This document shows, one piece after another, positions 7,573-17,400 of a stretch of 64,000 nucleotides of DNA. A model generated the notes under the pieces. That model was given only the letters and a program-made list of their open reading frames with translations. It did no database searches and was not told where the DNA came from. Both the position numbers and the translations under genes were made by a program. Where the stretch lies: assembly GCA_043808285.1 (NCBI GenBank), contig JAZDFA010000012.1:67680-131679 (forward strand), given 5' to 3'. The stretch comes from an archaeon. Lineage in GTDB: Archaea > Nanobdellota > Nanobdellia > Pacearchaeales > DTIR01. Every line of letters starts with the position of its first letter. Positions within the stretch are counted from its first letter, which is position 1.

Positions 7573-9510
7573 TTACTGCTGTTTATTGTCACTTATATTC
7601 TTTAGCTTTTGAAGGGTATCTTCAAGTTCCTTGTCTGTCTTTGTTTTCTTAAGAGAAAAGAGTTTGTTTTGAGGAGGCATTGAATTAGATGCTGGGGGTA
7701 TTCTGGCTTGGGGAAATTGTTGTTGAGGAGGCATAAAAGGAGAATTTGGCCTAATTGGACCAACAGGACCCATGCCTCTTATTGGCTGTGAGGAGGGCAT
7801 AAATCTTGGGGGCATTGGCCTAGAAGATAAACCAGAAGGGGGGCCTCCAGATGGGAAAAACCTTGGCTTCTTTTTGAATTTGTCTTTTATTTTATCCCTG
7901 AATAAGAATGCGGCAACTCCCGCAACTATCAGGATTAATATCAGCAGGAATATAATCAATCCCCATTTGCTTTTCTTTAGTGGTGTTCCTGCTCCGCTTG
8001 ATTCACAGCATATATCACCATTAGCGCAATCATAAGAACTTTCTGTCTCTCCTTCAATACAAGAGCTTCTGCAAACCCTGTCATTTTCTTCACAGCTGCT
8101 TATTTGTTCTTGAGGTTTGCAATATCCCATGCAGCAAGTGCCATCCAATGAGGATTTTGTATCTCCCTCGCAAATTTGGTTGAGAGCATAATCGCATATG
8201 AAACCGCCCATTTCATTGCAGCTTCTTACTTCTTCCTGGTATTTTTGATTGCAGCATACATCTAATGAGCCGCAAGTGTATCCATCAATCCTGTTCTCAA
8301 AATCACAATTGTAACTTTTTTCACAATAGTATCCATAATCTTCACATATTAATTCTTCTCTGTCTGGGAGATATGAAGCTTCTTTTGGCCATGTCGAGAA
8401 TAATATGAATGCAGTATCCTTCTTGCTGCCTTGCCAGCTGCCAATATTCTCTCCATTCTTTACCTGTTCTGAAAGAAGCCATGCTTTGGTAGTTTCTTTT
8501 TTGTCAGAAGAATAATCCTGTAGAGCAAGCATTGCAAGAGCAGTGTCATAATATTTGTTGTATGCTGTTGATTCTGCCTGCCAGTATCCTGCCTTTTTTT
8601 GAGATGCTAATAGTGCATTAGCATAATCTTCCTGCCCAGTCAATGCGAACAGGAATGCATTAGGCAGCAGTTTTGCATTATTATCGCTGTAACCAACAAG
8701 ATAAGGCAAGAACACGCTTATGTCATGATTTTTTAGCAATGCGAGTGCAGCCCAAGCAGTTGATTCATAATCACAGTTTCCATCGCGCTTTAAGCAGACA
8801 GAGCTTATCTTCAATTTTACTTCATTGCCAGCTGATTCTCTTTTTGTATCACTTGAAATATATACTGTTGTTGAACCAGGTTTTTGATAGAACAGAGAGG
8901 TCACATAATCTTTGTCACAGCTTACACCAAATTCTTTTCCATAGCATGCACTTGAAACTTTAAGCCAATAATTGCCATAACTGAGGCTTAGGCATGCTCC
9001 TATAGCCTTGTTTAATTTCTTTTTATTATTAAGAGTTACATTATAGCTGTAAGTGTCATAGGATAAAGTGCAGTTTGCAGACTCTTGCGTGTCCATCTGC
9101 ATGTACCAAACAAGGTCAAGAGGGGTTCCATTCTGCATCATAAGCCATTCTTCTGATTGGGATGTATCTACCCCTATTCTTGAAAGAGAAAAAACTGCGA
9201 GTGCAGTATCTTTTGTGCTGCATGAAGAATCCGGCCAGCATTCGCTTGAAGAGCTCTTTTTTGAAGCAAGAGCTTCTCTTGCTTCTGTCGCGAGCCCGTC
9301 ATCATATGCTGTTGCAAGAAGCGAGAATGTCATGTCTTCAACACTTAATGATTTAAATTTGTCCCTTACAGAATTTGAAATCCAGTTATACGCCTGATTT
9401 ACTTTTTCTTTTTGCTCTGTTTCATTTGTTGCCGCGCTTGCAACTGAAGCAAAAATATTGAGAATGAGAAATAGTGTTACACACAAAAATACCAGTTTAA
9501 TATTGCGCAT
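7573..9510 (-). CDS. paralogous toroid-repeat surface protein with Cys-rich stalk, TM helix and Pro-rich cytoplasmic tail
   Basis: ORF 7573..9642, start moved to MRNIKLVFLCVTLFLILNIFASVASA (ATG at 9510) to give a signal peptide and remove overlap with the upstream gene. Motifs DTALAVFSL, STAWAALALL, DTALAMLALQ. About 30 Cys in the stalk. Tail PRFFPSGGPPSG..PPQQQFP. Confidence 0.55.
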   Translation of the reverse strand: MRNIKLVFLCVTLFLILNIFASVASAATNETEQKEKVNQAYNWISNSVRDKFKSLSVEDMTFSLLATAYDDGLATEAREALASKKSSSSECWPDSSCSTKDTALAVFSLSRIGVDTSQSEEWLMMQNGTPLDLVWYMQMDTQESANCTLSYDTYSYNVTLNNKKKLNKAIGACLSLSYGNYWLKVSSACYGKEFGVSCDKDYVTSLFYQKPGSTTVYISSDTKRESAGNEVKLKISSVCLKRDGNCDYESTAWAALALLKNHDISVFLPYLVGYSDNNAKLLPNAFLFALTGQEDYANALLASQKKAGYWQAESTAYNKYYDTALAMLALQDYSSDKKETTKAWLLSEQVKNGENIGSWQGSKKDTAFILFSTWPKEASYLPDREELICEDYGYYCEKSYNCDFENRIDGYTCGSLDVCCNQKYQEEVRSCNEMGGFICDYALNQICEGDTKSSLDGTCCMGYCKPQEQISSCEENDRVCRSSCIEGETESSYDCANGDICCESSGAGTPLKKSKWGLIIFLLILILIVAGVAAFLFRDKIKDKFKKKPRFFPSGGPPSGLSSRPMPPRFMPSSQPIRGMGPVGPIRPNSPFMPPQQQFPQARIPPASNSMPPQNKLFSLKKTKTDKELEDTLQKLKNISDNKQQ

Positions 9511-9547
9511 AAATTCGTATATGCATAGTGCTTTAAATTCCTTTCGT

Positions 9548-10372
9548 TTAAACTCCCCCCTTAATTGAGAAACATTCTTCTTTAAGGCTGCAGCTCCTGC
9601 ATTTATGGGGGTTTTCGTTAATTGGGGGAATTTTACTTTCATTTATCTTTCTTATATTTTCAACTATCTCGACAACAGCGTCTTTGAGGGATTTTGTTAT
9701 ATCAATTTTTAACTGGTTGTCGGAGTATTCAACATAACCATACTCGACAGAAACATTGAATGTTTCTTCGATAAGCAATGCATATGATGCAAGCTGAATT
9801 ATATCAGATTCATAGGGTTGTGATGCATTGCCAGTTTTTATCTCGAATGGGACATATATCTCTCCCTTTTCCTGCTTGATTATTGAAACCCTGTCTATTC
9901 TGCCTGCAAGATTGAGTTTTGCAGATTTTACCCTCATTTCGGTTATATATTTTGGTTGAAGCTTTTCCCACAAATCTTCCTTGAATATCCCTTTTTGGAT
10001 AAGTGCATGAACGGCCATTACTCTTGGCTGAATTTCTCGGTTAAATGAGGATAAGGATTCTTCCCAAAAATTTTGGAGAGTTATCATAAATCTTAATGCC
10101 ATGTCTCCATGAGAGACTACTTTTTTTGTTATCTCGAAGAAAACTTTTTTGTATATCTCTTCTAAATCGGATATTGAAAAATTCTGGGAGAGTGATAATA
10201 TCAACTCTTTTTCTATATTGTTGAAATCGTCAAATATTTCATGCCTCATTTTTCCTCTTACCATCCGGGCATTAATTCTTTCCTTAGAACCCCTCGTTTT
10301 TTTGAGATAGCTCTTTCTTTTGCAATATAGATAATCTGTGATATCTCTTACATTAAGCGCTTGGCTTTCCAT
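9548..10372 (-). CDS. Cas4-like PD-(D/E)XK nuclease with 4Fe-4S Cys cluster (RecB-family exonuclease)
   Basis: 274 aa. N-terminal Cys (YLYCKRK), GRIDRV, EIKTG, QLASYAL, C-terminal CRSCSLKEEC (C-x2-C-x5-C). No cas1/cas2 or array nearby. Confidence 0.7.
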   Translation of the reverse strand: MESQALNVRDITDYLYCKRKSYLKKTRGSKERINARMVRGKMRHEIFDDFNNIEKELILSLSQNFSISDLEEIYKKVFFEITKKVVSHGDMALRFMITLQNFWEESLSSFNREIQPRVMAVHALIQKGIFKEDLWEKLQPKYITEMRVKSAKLNLAGRIDRVSIIKQEKGEIYVPFEIKTGNASQPYESDIIQLASYALLIEETFNVSVEYGYVEYSDNQLKIDITKSLKDAVVEIVENIRKINESKIPPINENPHKCRSCSLKEECFSIKGGV

Positions 10373-11636
10373 TCTTCTTTTTCCCCCTCTGCTGCATTCT
10401 TGATTTTCTTACAGAATAGTTTAGGGGATTTTTTATCATCCTGCATAATCCGTCTGGCTCGCATATAGCTATATCTTTGTATACTGGCTTGTCACAGTTT
10501 GGGGGGAGTATAGGTTTTTGCCTCTTAAACCATATCATCTGGGATTTTACATAGCCCTCTCTTAACTGCTTGTAATTTTTTTTGTTCCATTCATTCACAG
10601 CATTTTCTATCTTGTCATAATCCATTTGTATGCTCTTGAAAAAATTGAGAAGAATAAACAATGCCCTTTTTCTTCCATCCTGTTTTGTCCCCTGAAGTAT
10701 TTTTTGAACACATGGAGGATACATTGAGGGGGATAGATCTTTTATGTTAATCTCTGTTCTAAACTCTTTTCTTACTTCATTTTTTGGCTCTTGCTTTTTA
10801 ATCTCTTTTGCCGCATCTATTGCCTGCATTACCAATTCTTTTGCTTCGTTTTCATCTGGTTGTGGCAGAAAAGACTTTGGAAGCGCTATTTCTGGCTTTG
10901 CCCAACCTGGCTGGAAATTTTTTATTTGATCATTCTTGATTACTATGCTTGCAAGACCTGTTCTTTCATGAAGAGAATAAGGCATTCTAAATAAATGCCT
11001 TGGAGAAACAAGTATCAAATCAGGAGTAAGTTTTTTTACAGCCTCATCATCATAAATCCTTTTCCCCACTAATTCTGAACTGAGGTCTCTTATCCTTTCA
11101 GCAAGCCTCTTTTTTATTATGCTATGGAGATAATCTACAATCTGTCTTGGAAGAGATGGGAAGAGGTTTTTTGTCTGTAGACTTCCAATTTCTGTTGGAA
11201 ATGCTTTCCATGGGACTATTATATGGAAACCTGAGCCGCCCGAGAATTTTATTGCGAAGTTGGTTATACTATGGAATTTGAGAGCTTCTGCGATAAGTTC
11301 TGCTGTTATCTTGCCATATTCTATATATTTAGTATCTATATCAAGAAGAAGGTCCCAGCCAATCCTTAGATTATTGAATTGTTCTTCGCTCATTTCTGTC
11401 TTTATTTGCAGGGGGTCGTGCCATAATTCTTCAGAACAATGAAAGGAGGTTGCACCCCTTTCTGCAAGCGCAGCAACATCAGAATCATATTCAAGTGCAT
11501 CAGGCCTTTTGCCAAAACTCTCCACATATCTTGGGGATATCTCCCTATAGGCAGAGAAAGCAACAAGGGCTTTTTGCACATCTTTTCTTTTGTAATACTT
11601 ACCAGCAAGCTCAATGATCCTTTCTTCCTTAGTCAT
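10353..11636 (-). CDS. priS: DNA primase, PriS catalytic domain fused to PriL-type Fe-S C-terminal domain
   Basis: 427 aa. LLLDIDTKY (DxD), SGGSGFHIIV, RMPYSLHERTG. C-terminal YPPCVQKIL..GRKRALFILLNFF..PPNC..C..C resembles the PriL CTD. Confidence 0.75.
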   Translation of the reverse strand: MTKEERIIELAGKYYKRKDVQKALVAFSAYREISPRYVESFGKRPDALEYDSDVAALAERGATSFHCSEELWHDPLQIKTEMSEEQFNNLRIGWDLLLDIDTKYIEYGKITAELIAEALKFHSITNFAIKFSGGSGFHIIVPWKAFPTEIGSLQTKNLFPSLPRQIVDYLHSIIKKRLAERIRDLSSELVGKRIYDDEAVKKLTPDLILVSPRHLFRMPYSLHERTGLASIVIKNDQIKNFQPGWAKPEIALPKSFLPQPDENEAKELVMQAIDAAKEIKKQEPKNEVRKEFRTEINIKDLSPSMYPPCVQKILQGTKQDGRKRALFILLNFFKSIQMDYDKIENAVNEWNKKNYKQLREGYVKSQMIWFKRQKPILPPNCDKPVYKDIAICEPDGLCRMIKNPLNYSVRKSRMQQRGKKKNGKPSA

Positions 11637-11686
11637 TAGCAGGGTATTAAAGAAGAATTTAAATATTTTTGTTGCCTTGATAATTT

Positions 11687-12238
11687 ATGAATAAGCTGGG
11701 TATTTTTTTTGGAGTCCTTGCACTTTGCTTTGTGGTGCAAATTAGCAGCTGCAGCGGTGGAAATGTCGGATATGTAAACTTGACAATAATGCCTTCTCCC
11801 CCATACATCTCCTCTTTAGAGATTTTGCAGCAGGAAGATTTCAATTACCTTGAATGTGATGCACAAATAATGGGTAATAACCCTTCAGACTATAATACTA
11901 TATACACTTGGAATGCTGGGGGGGTGAAAGTTGGAGAAGGAGAAAGGGTGGAAGTAAGAGACAATTGGAAAGAGATTACATGCAAGGCAGAGGCTTATGA
12001 TTCAAATAATGGCAAGGACATAAAGGAAAAGACAATTATTATAGTAAGGCACTCTATTACTGGAAATGCTGTTAGCAAGGAGGGGGGCGCAAACAACCTG
12101 TTTTTGGGAGCTATTTTGTTTGTTTCAATTGCCCTATTTTTATTCGTGTCAAGAACACTTGGCAAAAATCAAATACTTGAAAACAAAGTTTTTCTCTGTT
12201 TAAAAGATGCGGTTTTTGCAAAATTTCTGACATCATAA
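11687..12238 (+). CDS. small secreted/lipoprotein-like protein with C-terminal TM helix
   Basis: 183 aa. Signal plus Cys (VVQISSCSGG). C-terminal helix LFLGAILFVSIALFLFV. The last ~30 codons and the stop are encoded by repeat R3. Confidence 0.4.
   Translation: MNKLGIFFGVLALCFVVQISSCSGGNVGYVNLTIMPSPPYISSLEILQQEDFNYLECDAQIMGNNPSDYNTIYTWNAGGVKVGEGERVEVRDNWKEITCKAEAYDSNNGKDIKEKTIIIVRHSITGNAVSKEGGANNLFLGAILFVSIALFLFVSRTLGKNQILENKVFLCLKDAVFAKFLTS
12147..12232. repeat. modular hairpin repeat locus R3 (chimeric)
   Basis: Starts TGTCAAGAACAC and ends AAATTTCTGACA (reverse complement of TGTCAGAAATTT). Internal GAAAAC/GTTTTC hairpin and CTCTGTTTAA block. Confidence 0.7.
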
Positions 12239-12304
12239 CAACATTTAAAAATAAGGCAGATTAGCCTTAGTTATTAAAAGGAGTTTAATATAAAATAGAT
12301 AAAA

Positions 12305-13045
12305 ATGCTATTGAAACTTGATCAGCCAAAGCTTTTGAGCGATGCCATAGGCATAATATACCAATTAGTAACAGAAGTGAGGGCAAAGGTAACAAAGAAT
12401 GGATTCAGCATAATAGCAATAGATCCTGCAAATGTTGCACTTGTCACATTCAAGCTGCCTGCGACCGCTTTTTCACAATTCAAGGTAGAAGAAGATGAAG
12501 AACTGGGGCTTAACTTAGAGGATTTAAAGGCAGTACTTGGAAGATGCAATTCAAGCAGCAGTTTGGTATTGGAGACTGCAGACAATACATTAAGAATAGA
12601 TATTCAAGACAAAAACAAGAGAAGTTTTACGCTTGCATTAATAGATATAGATGCAGAAGAAAAACAGGTTCCCCAATTGGAATTTAACAGCAGGGTTGAA
12701 ATAAATTCTTCAATATTAGGAGAAGCAATACAGGATGCTTCAGTAGTTGCTGATGCATGCACATTCATAACAAAAAAGAAAGAAGGGCTTTTCATAGTAG
12801 AGGCAAAAGGAAGCATTAATTCTGCAAGGGCAGAATTTGGCGGAGATGAAGTAAAGATGCAGGTGCAAGATGAAAAATCAAAGTACAGCATTGAATACTT
12901 CCAAAAGTTCATGAAGGGTGCTAAAATTTCTGAAAAGGCTGTATTGAGTTTCTCTACAAATTATCCATGCAGACTGGATTTCAAGAACTCTATAATGGAG
13001 TTGGGATTTATACTTGCTCCAAGAGTAGAGAATGATGATGATTAG
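12305..13045 (+). CDS. pcn: DNA polymerase sliding clamp PCNA
   Basis: 246 aa. Typical archaeal PCNA length and sequence (LLSDAIGIIYQLV..EVRAKV..NGFSIIAIDPANVALV). Confidence 0.9.
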   Translation: MLLKLDQPKLLSDAIGIIYQLVTEVRAKVTKNGFSIIAIDPANVALVTFKLPATAFSQFKVEEDEELGLNLEDLKAVLGRCNSSSSLVLETADNTLRIDIQDKNKRSFTLALIDIDAEEKQVPQLEFNSRVEINSSILGEAIQDASVVADACTFITKKKEGLFIVEAKGSINSARAEFGGDEVKMQVQDEKSKYSIEYFQKFMKGAKISEKAVLSFSTNYPCRLDFKNSIMELGFILAPRVENDDD

Positions 13046-13086
13046 CCTCAAAATATTTAAATATCTTCTATGCTAGTTTTGATTAC

Positions 13087-14367
13087 ATGATAGACATAAA
13101 ACTGATAAGGGAAAATCCAGGAATTGTTAAAGAGAACATAAAGAAAAAGTTCCAGGACAAAAAGATAGAATTAGTGGACAAATTGCTTGAGACAGATGGG
13201 CAATGGCGAAAGCTTAAAGCGCAAGCAGATTCATTAAGGCAGCAGAGGAATTCTGTTTCTGAGGAAATAAACAAGGCAAAAAAGGAAAAGAGGGATGCAA
13301 CAGAACTTCTTGCAAAAGCAAAAGAAATTCCTTCAAAGATTGATGAGATAGAAAAGGAATCAGCAAAGCTTGAAGAAGAGATAAGGAAGATAATGATTCA
13401 AATTCCTAATATTATCTCAAAAGAAACTCCTATCGGAAAGGATGCAACAAATAACCCCGAAATAAAGAAGAAAGGAAAAATTTCCAAGTTTGATTTTGAT
13501 GCAAAAAATCACGTTGAGCTAGCAGAGAAATTGGGGATCGCTGATTTTGAGTCTTCGGCCAGAGTGGCTGGAAATGGATTTTATTATTTAAAGAACGAAC
13601 TTGCATTGCTTAACCAGGCATTGATAAGGTTTGCAATAGACTTCATGATAAAGAAGGGCTATGAATACATTGAAACACCCTTAATGCTTAATGAAAAATC
13701 GATATATGCTTCAATGGACAAGGCAGTTATAGAGAATTCTGTTTATTCTGTCAAGGAAGAAGACCTTAATTTAATAGGAACAGCAGAGCAGTCTTTACTT
13801 GCAATGCATTCCGGGCAATTATTCTTGGAGCAGGAATTGCCAAAGAAATATTTTTCATATTCAATGTGCTTTAGGAGAGAAATTGGCAGCCATGGAATAA
13901 ATGAAAAGGGGTTATGGAGGACTCATCAGTTCAATAAAATTGAGCAATTTATATTCTGCAAGCCTGAAGATTCAGAAAAGTTTTATGATGAACTGCTGAA
14001 AAATTCAGAAGAAATTTTAGATGCATTAGAACTTCCTTACAGGGTATTGGAAATTTGCTCTGGAGATTTAGCTGACTGGAAATACAGAAGCGCTGATTTG
14101 GAAGTTTATCGTCCGACTACAAAAGAATATGGAGAGGTTATGTCATTAAGCAACTGCACTGATTATCAGGCAAGAAAGTTGGATATAAAATGCATTGACG
14201 GCCAAGGCAACAAAAGAGTTGTTCATACACTTAACGATACTGCACTTGCAACATCAAGAATTTTGGTTGCATTGCTTGAAAACAACCAAGAAAAGGATGG
14301 AAGCATAAAGATCCCAACGGCATTGCAGAAGTATACCGGATTTAAGAAAATACTAGTGAAGAATTGA
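13087..14367 (+). CDS. serS: seryl-tRNA synthetase
   Basis: 426 aa. MIDIKLIRENP N-terminal coiled-coil arm, class II motifs (FRRE, TLNDTALATSR). Confidence 0.95.
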   Translation: MIDIKLIRENPGIVKENIKKKFQDKKIELVDKLLETDGQWRKLKAQADSLRQQRNSVSEEINKAKKEKRDATELLAKAKEIPSKIDEIEKESAKLEEEIRKIMIQIPNIISKETPIGKDATNNPEIKKKGKISKFDFDAKNHVELAEKLGIADFESSARVAGNGFYYLKNELALLNQALIRFAIDFMIKKGYEYIETPLMLNEKSIYASMDKAVIENSVYSVKEEDLNLIGTAEQSLLAMHSGQLFLEQELPKKYFSYSMCFRREIGSHGINEKGLWRTHQFNKIEQFIFCKPEDSEKFYDELLKNSEEILDALELPYRVLEICSGDLADWKYRSADLEVYRPTTKEYGEVMSLSNCTDYQARKLDIKCIDGQGNKRVVHTLNDTALATSRILVALLENNQEKDGSIKIPTALQKYTGFKKILVKN

Positions 14368-14397
14368 TTTTCTAGCTAAGATGCTAAACTAATAAAT

Positions 14398-14407
14398 ATT
14401 ATAAATA
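14398..14407 (+). promoter_or_regulatory. TATA box for giant gene 1
   Basis: ATTATAAATA about 25 nt upstream of the GTG at 14427 (leaderless-type spacing). Confidence 0.4.
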
Positions 14408-14426
14408 GGCATTCTTTAAAGATTAT

Positions 14427-17400
14427 GTGAAAAATAGAAACGTAATCAAGATAAAGTTTAAGGAAATTATACTTAAAGAACCAGAAATTTTTAGCGAGAC
14501 AGTTTTTCAGATTGCTACATTAATTATCTCTATTTTTGCATTCTCTTTTTTAGTTGGGTCTATTTCAATTGCGGCGAGCCCAGTGGTTAGTGCACTAGAA
14601 TCTTCTGTATGTTGTGAGAAAACAAAAGACAAGAATCTTTTCTGCCAAAATTCTATTGCTGCAAATTGCGATGATACTTTAGGCCATTCACAGACATTAT
14701 GCTCTTCAACTGACTACTGCAAATTAGGCTGTTGTATAGACACAACAGAAGGAACATGCGGAGAGAACACACCTAAGAAGGTTTGCGATTTAAGGAATGG
14801 AACATGGGATTTAAGCGCAAGCTGCAATATTGCACAATGCCAAAAAGGGTGTTGTATCTCAGGAGATAAGGCATCATTAACTACATTAGTAAGATGCAAG
14901 AAATTGGCAAGCTTTTATGGTTTAGAGACAGACTATAGAAGTGAGATAATTTCTGAGGCTACCTGTGTTAATATTGCACAGGCAGAAGACAAGGGGGCGT
15001 GCTTAATTAATACTGGTTTAGAGACAACATGCAAATTGACAACAAAGGTTCAATGTAATGGTATAACACACAATGCAAGTGCTTTCAATAAGGAATTTTT
15101 ATGCTCTGCGAAGGAATTAGGAACACCTTGCACAAGACAGGCATCCACAGGATGCATTGAAGGAAAGGACGAGGTTTATTGGTTTGATTCCTGCGGGAAT
15201 ACAGAGAATATTTATGATTCTAACAAAGACCGAAGCTGGAATAATGGAAAGATTCTTGAAAAGAGCAAGTCATGTGATTTAATCAAGGGGAATACTAGGA
15301 ATCCTCTTTGCGGAAATTGCAAATATTCTGAAGGTAGCATTTGCGGGAAAGCAAGAACGGGGATTGAGCCAAAGCCAGCTTATGGAGATTATATTTGCAG
15401 AAATGTTGACTGCGAGGATACTTTTAATGGAAATGATTACAAGCACGGAGAATCATGGTGTGTTTATGATGCGACAGTGGGGCAAGGAAAAGATTTAGTG
15501 GGAAGCAGGCATTGGAGACATCTTTGTGTAATGGGTGAAGAACAGGTTGAGCCGTGCGAGGATTATAGACAGTCCATATGCGTTGAAAATAAAGTAAAGA
15601 CAGATGAGGGAGATTTTAATGAGGCAGTATGTAAAATAAATGACTGGCGCTCATGCATTGATTATAATAACAAAGCAAATCCTCAGAGTCTATGCAGCAA
15701 TAACAAGGATTGCTATCCTTTGGCTGCATGGAAAATGAATTTATGTATGCCTCAAGTGCCTTCTGGATTTGAGATGAGAGACAGTGACAGTGCAAGCACG
15801 ATATGCGGCATGGCAACACAACAATGCACTGTTGTTTACACCAAGAAATTAAGTGGGTGGGAGTGCACTTTGAATTGCGAGTGCAAAGAACAATCGTGGG
15901 CAAACCAGATGAATAAATGGTGCACTTCTTTAGGTGATTGCGGTGGCAAATATAATCTTGCAGGGTCATATGAGAAAGGATATCAGATGTCTGGAGGACA
16001 AGCACCAAATGAGGACAGCAGTGGTTCAGATAAGGGTGCTGGCAGCGGCGGAGGAATGATGTCTTACTTACCTATGGCTGGAACTGCACTAGGCGCATAT
16101 ATGATGTTAAAAGGAGGTGCTGTTGTTGCAGCCGGAACTGTATTAGTTGCTGGAACAACAGTTACAAGCGGAGTAGTTGCTGTAACACAGGCAAGTGGGG
16201 TAGTTGTTTCTTTTACTGCGACTGCTGCTTCTCCTGTCACAATTACTGCGAGCGGAGCTGTACAGGGAGGAGTTAGTGCAAGTGGTGCAGTTAGTGCCGG
16301 CGGTGGAGGTGCGACTACTGGAAGCGGAGGTGCAGCTGCAGGAATAACTGGGTGGTTGAACGGCATGACAACAATGGGTCCTTTACTTGCTATAGCTGCA
16401 GTTGCTATAGCTGGATTTTTTATAGGAAAAATGATGGGATTAGATGATACTGCATCAGCAATAGCTGCAGGTGTCGGAGTTGCAACAGCAGTAACTTTGC
16501 AGGTATTGCATCAGATGGGCGTTCAAATGTTTACAAATTTGGCTTTTACAGGGCTATTTATTTGGGGGATGGTTGCAGCAATTATTATGATAATAATTTT
16601 CAAATTTATTTTAGGAGTAGGCAAGACAAAAAAAGAGGTAATCAGTTTCACATGTCTGCCATGGCAGCCGCCATCAGGTGGGGCAAACTGTGAAAAATGC
16701 AATACGCTTCCTATTGGTGGGGATATGAAACAGTGCAGCAAATACAGATGTGAGAGTTTAGGAGCAGCATGTTCATTGTTAAATGAGGGAACTGGAAATG
16801 AGACATGTGCATGGCTGAATAAGGACGATATAAATGCACCTACATTGAAGCCATGGAAAGATGTTCTTACTTCTGGGCATAAATACAGAGATGATGCTTG
16901 TAAGGAAGCAGGATGCTGGACTATATTAAGAGATATTGCAACAGACGGCTGCATTCAGCCATATACCTCGATAGCATTCGGAATTGAGACAAATGAACCC
17001 TCACAATGCAAGATTGATTATGCCTCTAAAGAGAAATTTGATGATATGGAATTTTATTTTGGAGAAAATCTTTATCTTTATAATCACAGCGTGCAGATGA
17101 GCATGCCTGCTCCAGAGCATATATATGAAATAAGCAAAATATTTGCTGAAGAGAATCCTGAAGAGGGAATAGTTCCTGTGCGAAATGGCGGGAACTACAC
17201 ATTATATCTAAGATGCAGGGATGCCAATGGAAATGCAAATGCCAAAGAATTTTCAGTCAGTTTTTGCGTCGACTCTGGCCCCGATTTAAACGCTCCTTTG
17301 ATAATGAGAACGAGCATTGAAAATGGTGCGCCAATAGGATACGGCACAAACTCAGTTCCAATTGATATATCCTTGAACGAGCCATCACAATGCAAATGGA

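Noticed and set aside
9511-9642. Longer N-terminus (MKVKFPQLTK..) for the surface protein at 7573
   Set aside because: It would overlap the Cas4-like gene by about 95 nt. The internal Met at 9510 gives a clean signal peptide.
9548-10372. Cas4-like gene as evidence of a CRISPR-Cas locus
   Set aside because: No cas1, cas2, effector genes or repeat array are present in the window. Coupling to the primase suggests a replication or repair role.
16064-16366. Pro/Ala-rich 100-aa ORF on the minus strand
   Set aside because: It is the antisense shadow of the Gly/Ala/Val/Thr-rich core of the giant gene, where GC-rich codons suppress stops on the opposite strand.
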